Source: Eledone cirrhosa | Lineage: Eukaryota | Direction: 5' to 3' | Length of the DNA stretch: 64,000 nucleotides | Assembly: GCA_964016885.1 (NCBI GenBank) | Contig: OZ024741.1 | Location: forward strand, 251,472,001-251,536,000 | In this document: in pieces, positions 55,840 through 64,000 of the stretch | Numbering within the stretch: position 1 is the first letter of the stretch | Layout: every line of letters begins with the position of its first letter | Position numbers and translations under genes: made by a program | The notes under the pieces: generated by a model | The model's database searches: none | What the model was told of the DNA's origin: nothing | Seen by the model: the letters and a program-made list of their open reading frames with translations, nothing else

Positions 55840-56480
55840 ACAGACAATCTAGAACACACTAAAACCTGTTGCTACAAACATACATTCTAGAACAAACCTA
55901 AACACAGCTACTACTATACACAAACAGATATTCTAGAACACATCTAAAACAGCTACTACTACACACAAACATACATTCTAGAACAAACCTAAACACAGCT
56001 ACTACTACACACAAACAAACATTCTAGAACACATCTAAAACAGCTACTACTACACACAAACATACATTCTAGAACAAACCTAAACACAGCTACTACTACA
56101 CACAAACAGACATTCTAGAACACATCTAAACACATCTACTACTACACACAAACAGACATTCTAGAACACATCTAAACACATCTACTACTACACACAAACA
56201 CATTCTAGAACAAACCTAAACACAGCTACTACTACACACAAACATACATTCTAGAACACATCTAAAACAGCTACTACTACACACAAAATACATTCTAGAA
56301 CACATCTAAAACAGCTACTACTACACACAAACATACATTCTAGAACACATTTAAACACTGCAACTACACACAGATAATCTAGAACACATCTAAATTTACT
56401 GCAACTACACACATAAATTTATTCTAAGATACATATACACAGTGCTACAACTACACATACAGACATTCTAGGACACAACT
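55840..56480. repeat. ~37 bp minisatellite (ACATTCTAGAACACATCTAAAACAGCTACTACTACACACAA)
   Basis: About 15 units, degenerating at the edges. Confidence 0.9.
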
Positions 56481-57609
56481 AAACAAAGCTACTACACACA
56501 GTCTTTCTAGAATACAGATAAACATTCATAAATACATATCCACGTACATATATATGTATGATCATTCATATGTACATACATATTCCCATGTACAAATATA
56601 CACACATTTATACATACACATATGCACACAAACATGCAAACATTTTGTTTCTAATATAATAATGCTTTAGCTTAGAATGGCTTTAAAGACCGATTTCACT
56701 ACATGCAAGACGCCAATAATATGCATGCAAATATAAATAGGAAAAGGAAGATTATCTGATTTAAACCTGCTTTCAGCTTAAATATCATTTCTAATATAAC
56801 AAAAAGATGTCTAGATGTCATGCATATGTGTTTCCTTAGCTCACATAGATACGACAAACTCTTCAATAAAAATACTGTAAAAGTTAGCTACAGTTACATA
56901 AAAAGTCTTGCTCCTTTAATATTCCAGATAAATAGAAGAAATTATGCAAACACAAATGCGAAGACAAATATAAACATAAACACAATTATAAAGGTCTGAA
57001 CCTTGATCTCTGCGTGATTGTAATATCAATACTTCTTGCCCTCTCAATAGAATATGCCTTGATAAAGCATTGGTATATCAACCAGAGAGACTTCACCCCA
57101 TAACATAGATAGAAATTATATTGGACAAACAGTCAATTCTTTCATATGTTGATATACACAATACATTTTCATTCCAACACTCTTAATGTCAAAACACTAC
57201 ATCATTGACAATCTGAACTATAATAATATATATAATGAGTCTAAAAAATAGGAACATAGAAAACATCATAATATACTACTCAATTATAGAAAATACCAGC
57301 AGATGTCAGATATGCTTAGAAAAAAAAAAATGACATCTTCACAAAGAACTATATGTTATAAAACATAAAAGTTTGAACTAGTCTCTAAGTGTTGACATGA
57401 CAGTCAATGCTTTTTGAGACATTTGCATTTACAAACTGGATGAATGCTTGTATTTATATACAATGATAAACAATGGGAAAATTCTTTTACAAAAACATAT
57501 TATATAAATGTTTTACATGAATCATTATATAAATCATGTCACAAAACATACACCTAACCTAATTGTAATTATCTTTCCATCCACCAAAATAATTTTTCTC
57601 ATCATCATG

Positions 57610-58003
57610 ATGGTGACATGGTAAAAAGCACCCAGTCCACACAGTAAAGTGGTTGTGTAGGTGTCACAGCAAAAAGCAAACAGTACTCACTGTAAAGTGG
57701 TTGTGTAGGTGTCACAGCAAAAAGCACCCTGTTCACACTGTAAAGTGGTCGTGTAGGTGTCACGACAAAAGGCACCCACTTCCACACTGTAAAATGGTCG
57801 TGTAGGTGTCACAGCAAAAAGCACCCAGTACTCACTATAAATGAGGTTGGTGTTAGGAAGGGCATCTAGGAGTAGAAAGCAAGCCAAAATTGATTCTTTA
57901 TGAGCATGACATAGTCACCTGACATAGCATTATTCACAACAGGATAACTTGTCTAACCCATGCCAGCATGGGAAAATGGACGTTAAACGGTGATGATGAT
58001 GAT
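57610..58003 (+). mobile_element. SINE B-related 3' region with about 5 tandem internal units
   Basis: Repeated CACTGTAAAGTGGTCGTGTAGGTGTCACAGCAAAAAGCACCC, then GGAAGGGCATC and a (GAT)n tail. Confidence 0.8.
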
Positions 58004-58356
58004 CACAATTTCATATTTTTAATATTTTATTCATTTTGTTTTATAATTTTTTTAAAAACTGTTTTCCATTTATATTACACTCACATACACGCACACACAC
58101 ACAATTACACATACACACATTTCCCTAAAACCATATTCCAATAACAGAATTTCTTTTACAACCCTACTGTTGCCATAGAATTTGCCTCTAGCTTACAATT
58201 CCCCATCCCCTTTTGAGCTCTTGACCAGTCAATTAACACAATCAGATATACACACACATATTTACACAATATTTCCTTTGCTCCCAAAAAACAACTTTGT
58301 GTGTGCGTGTGTGTATGTGTGAGAGTCCCAGGTTAAATCGGGGGGAAGGGGGGAAC

Positions 58357-58646
58357 CACAGTAAGTAAGGTACTCAATACATTAGTAGAGTGTATACAAA
58401 ATTTAATATAGAAATGGCTTCTACAGGACTACAAGCTTTCTTGATGATTTCCTTCAAATGAAATAGTTCTAGTCCTGTAGAAACCACTTAAATTTTATAT
58501 ATATATAAAATTTAAGTGGCTTCTACAAGACTAGAACTATTTCATTTGAAGGAAATCATCAAAAAAGCTTGTAGTCCTGTAGAAGCCATTTCTATATTAA
58601 ATTGTGTATACACTCTACTAATGTATTGAGTACCTTACTTACTGTG
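58357..58646. repeat. 290-bp near-perfect palindrome of a pLTR-like unit centred on (TA)n
   Basis: Arms mirror about ~58501. Each arm contains TTGATGA...GAAA-TAGTTCTA-GTC. Confidence 0.85.
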
Positions 58647-58770
58647 TAACAGGTCCAGTGTATATAAATATATATATATATATACACACTGAACCTGTTA
58701 TTTTTATCTAAAGACATATTTTCCAATTCCACCCTGCCTGTCCCTTCAATCTATCTAATTTCTCATTCTT

Positions 58771-58806
58771 TCTTCTGATGAAGGACTAACATCTGAAACG
58801 TTAAGA
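58771..58806 (+). ncRNA. Minimal type I hammerhead ribozyme (Penelope-like)
   Basis: TCTT-CTGATGA(58775-81)-A-GGA-CTAACA-TCT-GAAA-CG-TT-AAGA, with palindromic AACGTT stem III. Homologue at 61343-61378 has GAAA changed to AAAA. Confidence 0.62.
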
Positions 58807-58901
58807 CCCACTTCCTGCTATATCAAGCATTAACCACATATATTCCTTCCATATACTGTACCGATTGTGTTGTTATTTCTGTTTACCTTTTACATACATA
58901 G

Positions 58902-58975
<74 letters not shown>

Positions 58976-59441
58976 AGAGAGATTTATTTACTTATGTCTC
59001 ATATAAAATAATACAACCAATTATCCACGGAATACTATATAATAGTTAGCACTCCAAACACATAATTGAGATTATACTCAGGTAAATCTTAATGTTTGTT
59101 GAGTGAGATGGAGTTGGTCAGAGTATCGCTAAAAGCGTTCTCTGTTAATGTATTAAATATATATAAGTCAAGGAAATACGAAATGAATGAAAAAGAGGAT
59201 GCAATAACATAAAGTGTATTAGTTTCACGCTTGGAGAAAGAGTTACATAGTCAACATATTGGGTACTTGCCCTTCATCAGGAATGACACAGAAGGAAAAT
59301 AGCAAATAAAATAATGTTGAAGAATGAAAAATGCAGAAAATTAAATTAAATAGATTACAAAAATAAAAATTTTAAATAAGAATAATGAGGGGAGGGGTGA
59401 GTGATGCAGCATCCTGGTGAGGGAGGTTGCCGTGTAGTGGG

Positions 59442-59480
<39 letters not shown>

Positions 59481-59490
59481 GTGTATATAT

Positions 59491-59848
59491 GGAGGCACAT
59501 GGCTTACTGGTTAGAGCATTGGGCTTGCAATCGAAAGGTTGTGAGTTCAATTCTCAGACCGGGTGATGTGTTGTTTCCTTGAGCAAGACACTTTATTTCA
59601 CATTGCTCCAGTTTACTCAGCTGTAGAAATGAGATGATAGGGACTGGGGTCCATATCATTCCACTGCAAAGTGGTCGTGGAGGTGCCACGGCAAAAAAGC
59701 ACCCAGCACTCACTGTAAATGTGGTTGGTGTTAGGAAGGGCATCCAGCTGTAGAAATCAAGCCAGAATCAGTTCCCATCCCACCCTTGCAAGCAGGGAAA
59801 AGCGGACGTAAAATGATGATGATGATGATGTTGATGATGATGATGATG
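59491..59848 (+). mobile_element. Full-length SINE family B
   Basis: Nearly identical to 22433-22778. Confidence 0.92.
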
Positions 59849-60234
59849 ATATTATCATGTCATTGTTGTTTTAATGTTAGCTTTCCCTGATAGCAAGGGT
59901 TGGACATACATATATATATACATGCTGGCATGTAGAATGGGTGTTGAATGTTGATGATGATTATATATATATATATACAGTATATATATATTTTTGCCCA
60001 ATATAGGTCTGTTATTTTCTTAATTTTTCTTAATTTAATATTTAAAGTTAAGGACAAACTATATTGCTGTAGTTAGTATTTTTTCACCCTAGCAAATTTG
60101 GTCCTTACAATTTGAACGCATGTATATTTATATTAGTGTTCATCTCTCTTGTTTATTCAATTATATTGTACGGCTCAGAAAAGCTTTTTTCTTAGAGCTA
60201 TTTAATTGTAAGAGACTACCCTGAGTTCTTAACT

Positions 60235-60287
<53 letters not shown>

Positions 60288-60325
60288 AGGAAGTTGAAGT
60301 TCACTTGAAGCATTGTGTAATGAGG

Positions 60326-60670
60326 TATAAATGTTTGGAGTTGTAAGGCCAAGACAATGCAGCTATGGATATAGAATATAAATGCAAATGCAAAATATAT
60401 TGTTGACAATTAGTCTTTTACCTTAAATTTATTTAAATATCCTTAATTTTCGAGATAGTATCTCTTCTTCGGAGGGAAGTAAAGTGGTTAATCCAGTGTT
60501 CTAATTAGCTTGCCAAGTCATGCTGACAGGAAATGGAGATATTATCTCGAAAATTAAGGATATTTAAATAAATTTATGGTAAAAGACTGTCAACAATATC
60601 TTTTGCATTTGCATTTATATTCTATATCCATACCTGCATTGTCTTGGCCTTACAACTCCAAACGTTTATA
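60326..60670. mobile_element. Inverted-repeat pLTR-like element with variant HHR on the minus strand
   Basis: Arms 60326-60464 and 60536-60670. Minus strand 60441-60475 reads CCT-CCGAAGA-A-GAGATACTATCTC-GAAA-AT-TA-AGG. Confidence 0.6.
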
Positions 60671-60967
60671 TATATATATATTAGTGGTGCATAAACATCG
60701 TTTTGTTTCAATGCTACAATGTCCTATAGATTCTTAGCCAACATTGTATATATATATATAGAGAGAGATGTAAGCATTTTGTCTGTATCAGATCTTTGCA
60801 GACAGAAAAGGTGGGATCAGCTAGAAGTGACACAATCCTTGTATTAGATCATTAGTGACTGAGAACACTCTTTAACAGTCCACTAACATACTGCTTATAA
60901 ACCCATTATTATTAGTGACTCAACTAAACCAGTTAGATCAATTTCATATATATATCTTCTGTTTTAC

Positions 60968-61453
60968 AATTTCTCTCCTTTCTATACATTCTTCTCTTTG
61001 GCTAAGCCCTCATGCACCATTCTCTTCCTTCTTTGTCAGTTGACACACATGGGATACTTCTTCATCTATATTTGTGTAATTTGTCAATACTTGTTCTGTC
61101 TTTGTCTCTAACTGTTGTTTATGTCCTGATGTGTAGTGGAATGAATAGTATCAACCTTAATAAACCAAAATCATAGTGATTTCTAGAGGTAGACTGAGAA
61201 GATGGGACTGTCTGCCATTCTGTTGTGTTTTTCTATTGTCTTTGTCCTGACTGAATACACACGTCTGTTTTCCTCACTTTTTTCTCGTTTCTTCCTCTTC
61301 TCATACTGTATCTTTCTATTTTATCTTTTTTTTCTAACTCTATCATCTGATGAAGGACTAGTGTCCAAAACGTTAAGACTCTTTTCCTGCTATTTCAAGC
61401 ATTAAACTAATATATTTCTTCAATGTACTGTGTTATTTCTGTTTACTTTTTAC
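60968..61453 (+). mobile_element. pLTR-like repeat with two decayed HHR motifs, in (TA)n
   Basis: 5' part is homologous to 5636-5940 (reverse) and 3' part to 58720-58892. CTGATGAAGGACTAGTGTCC-AAAA-CGTTAAGA at 61347. Confidence 0.55.
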
Positions 61454-61547
<94 letters not shown>

Positions 61548-61549
<2 letters not shown>

Positions 61550-62242
61550 TGGGTAAGAACGGGATGGAAGAAGTTCAGGGAGTTACTGTCACTGCTAGCT
61601 GCAAAAGCTTTCCCTCAAAATGAAAGGCAGACTGTATGATGCGTGTATACGAACAGCAATGTTACATGGTAGTGAGACCTGGGTGCTGTCTGTGGAAGAC
61701 TTGTGTAGATTAGAAAGACACAAAGCTTGCATGCTCCGATGGATGTGTAATAGTAATATACACAAACGGCAAAGCATAAACGAATGGAGAGAGAGACTGA
61801 GCATAAGAGGAATCAAATGCTGTGTGCAGGAGAGGCGGTTGCGTTAGTATGGACATGTGATGCGTATGAAGGATGACAGCTGCATAAAAAGGTGCAGAGC
61901 ACTAGAAGTCGATGGAAGCCACGGAGTGGGGAGACACAAGAAGACCTGGGATGAAGTGATAAAAGCCGACCTTACCCAATTGCACCTCTCAAAGGCGATG
62001 ACACACGACCGTGACCTCTGGCGTCATGCAGTAATACAGAAGACTCGACCCCCCCCCCCACGGTTACAAGCTGAAGCATATAGACAATATGCCGCCACCC
62101 CCTCCCACTGCAAAGTGATCATGGAGGTGGCGTGGCAAAAAAGCACCCAGCGCACACTGTAAAGTAGACGTGTAGGTGCCACGGAAAAAGGAACCCAGCA
62201 CTCACAGTAAATGCGGTTGACGTAAAACGGTGATGATGATGA
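61548..62242 (+). mobile_element. RTE LINE subfamily 2, 3' fragment with SINE-B-like 3' region
   Basis: Closely matches 32520-33347. Frameshift and stop present. Confidence 0.9.
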
Positions 62243-62257
62243 TTCAAATACAATTAA

Positions 62258-62477
62258 CCCTTTAATGTTCAATCCGGCCAAAACCGGCCAGAATTCTCTA
62301 CCTTTTTCTGTTGAAACTGGCTGTAACTGGTTGCTCAAACTGATGTTAAGGTATTGTTCTCAAAATAAATACTTTCAAAATCTCATAGATTCGATATTAT
62401 GTGAGATAATTATGTGAGGTAAAGCCTTTACCATGAAAATACAATAGTATATATACAATAATGTGAATGCTAAAGGG
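62258..62477. mobile_element. piggyBac-type MITE
   Basis: TTAA TSD (62254-57, 62478-81), CCCTTTAA/GCTAAAGGG. Matches the family. Confidence 0.85.
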
Positions 62478-63173
62478 TTAACACATATATTAAATCATAT
62501 GTTATATACATTGATATAAAACAAAAGAGAGATCTTAAGACATGAAGTGAAGAATATATACATGTGTATTTAGTAAAAAATATGTAGATATAAATACCTG
62601 TAGGTGTGGTTGCTTGATTCTCTTTCATCTACAGGTGCACACATATATGTACTTGTATTTCATAGACAGGTATGACTTCTATATGTTGCACCAACAAAAA
62701 TAAGTCTTTTGATGATGACGATGAAGATGACAAGATAACATTAGTATGAGATGAGAAAATCCTCCTGAATATATAAAGGATGTTTATATAAACCTCCTGC
62801 AGTTAGCTCTCATATATATATATATATATATATGAGAGCTTATATTGTTATTTTGTTGTATGTACAGTTGGTACCTTCAGTCAGTTCTCTTGGTGTTACA
62901 TTTTACAACTATGTCTTTCACTCTGGACTAAATGTTTACTTTTAACTTTCGATCCATTGAGTGCTCTGTGATTGCTTCAAAACAAACCAAATTGTACATG
63001 GTGTACTGCAGCTGAAGTTTGATTTACAAATATTATATATAGATATATAAGTATGTAGATATAAACATTTTTTTCCAGTGTTACATTCATTCAAAACCAT
63101 CCACCATCTGATTGAAAAACCTTAATGTTCATGTTGCCATATTTTTTGTCTCAAACAAAAAAAGGAAAAAAGA

Positions 63174-63236
<63 letters not shown>

Positions 63237-64000
63237 GTGTATTGTGGCTGTTGTAAGGTCTTCATTCTTTCATTACTCTAGCAGCTATATATTTATAACT
63301 ACTGACACAACTTTAAAAAATGGCAGCCATCCTTCCATTTATATGTCTATATCATCATGACTTATCCTGGCAACTTCTGATGAGGAGAGTTCCAAAGTTT
63401 GTATTTATTTTGTTACATTTTATTGTTCTTTCTGCTTGTTTTTTAAAAATCTTTTCTGCAGTTTTCCCCCATATAAGAGCTGCTACAGTGTGTTGTGTGG
63501 GCTCAAGTTAGTGAAGGCATTGTCAAATGCTGGAGCAGAAATATTTGTTATGTGGATTGTGGGTTGTGTGTTTTGGGTTGTGGGATGCATGTTGTGTGTT
63601 GAGCATCATGTTTTGTGTTGTATTGTGGTTTGTTTGGTGTGTGATGTCTGTTGTGTGGTGCTATGTGTTGTAGGTTGTGGGTTGTAATCTGACCCCAAAT
63701 CCCTGTCTTTACACATCCAATAGCTACCATAACATATTGGTCTGGTAGTAATGATAATTGTTGTTGCATACTTATAATGAAAGTCCTTCCAATCGTGACC
63801 ATGATCCTTTTTTTAATATTCAAATATAATGTAACTAGTAATACATTATCCAATGTGTCACATTTAGAAAATTTTAAATATCTTTTTCTGATCACAATAT
63901 GGTGGGATTTGAAGGGGATTTGGTGGCTATTTTTAGCAGAGCAGGTTGATTGATTATGATTGACTGTGTTGAAAGTGCCTCATTGGTTTAATGGTATAAT

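Noticed and set aside
63370-63400. CTGATGA-GGA-GAGT-TCC-AAAG
   Set aside because: Lacks GAAA and an NUH site. At most a deleted remnant.

Overview
AT-rich, microsatellite-dense eukaryotic non-coding DNA. The SINE/RTE repertoire suggests an octopus-like cephalopod (inference). I found no credible host gene, and most ORF-track entries are microsatellite artefacts. Recognisable content: RTE and Tx1/L1-like LINE fragments, several tRNA-derived SINE families, two non-autonomous Helitrons, and piggyBac-, hAT- and Tc1/mariner/pogo-type MITEs, often nested. The main hidden signal is a dense set of type I hammerhead ribozyme (HHR) motifs: about 9 with intact CUGAUGA/GAAA/NUH cores and about 10 decayed or truncated. 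They sit in Penelope-pLTR-like units inserted in (TA)n and often form inverted repeats. Two tandem GUC-cleaving HHRs lie 313 nt apart (36293-36651) and delimit a highly structured monomer, a candidate retrozyme circular RNA. Also notable: a Tx1-like family that appears to target (TCTA)n, an RTE subfamily whose 3' end is a SINE body, and a head-to-head tRNA-like palindrome later broken by two insertions. All structures were folded and aligned by eye, and element boundaries are approximate unless a TSD or TIR is given.
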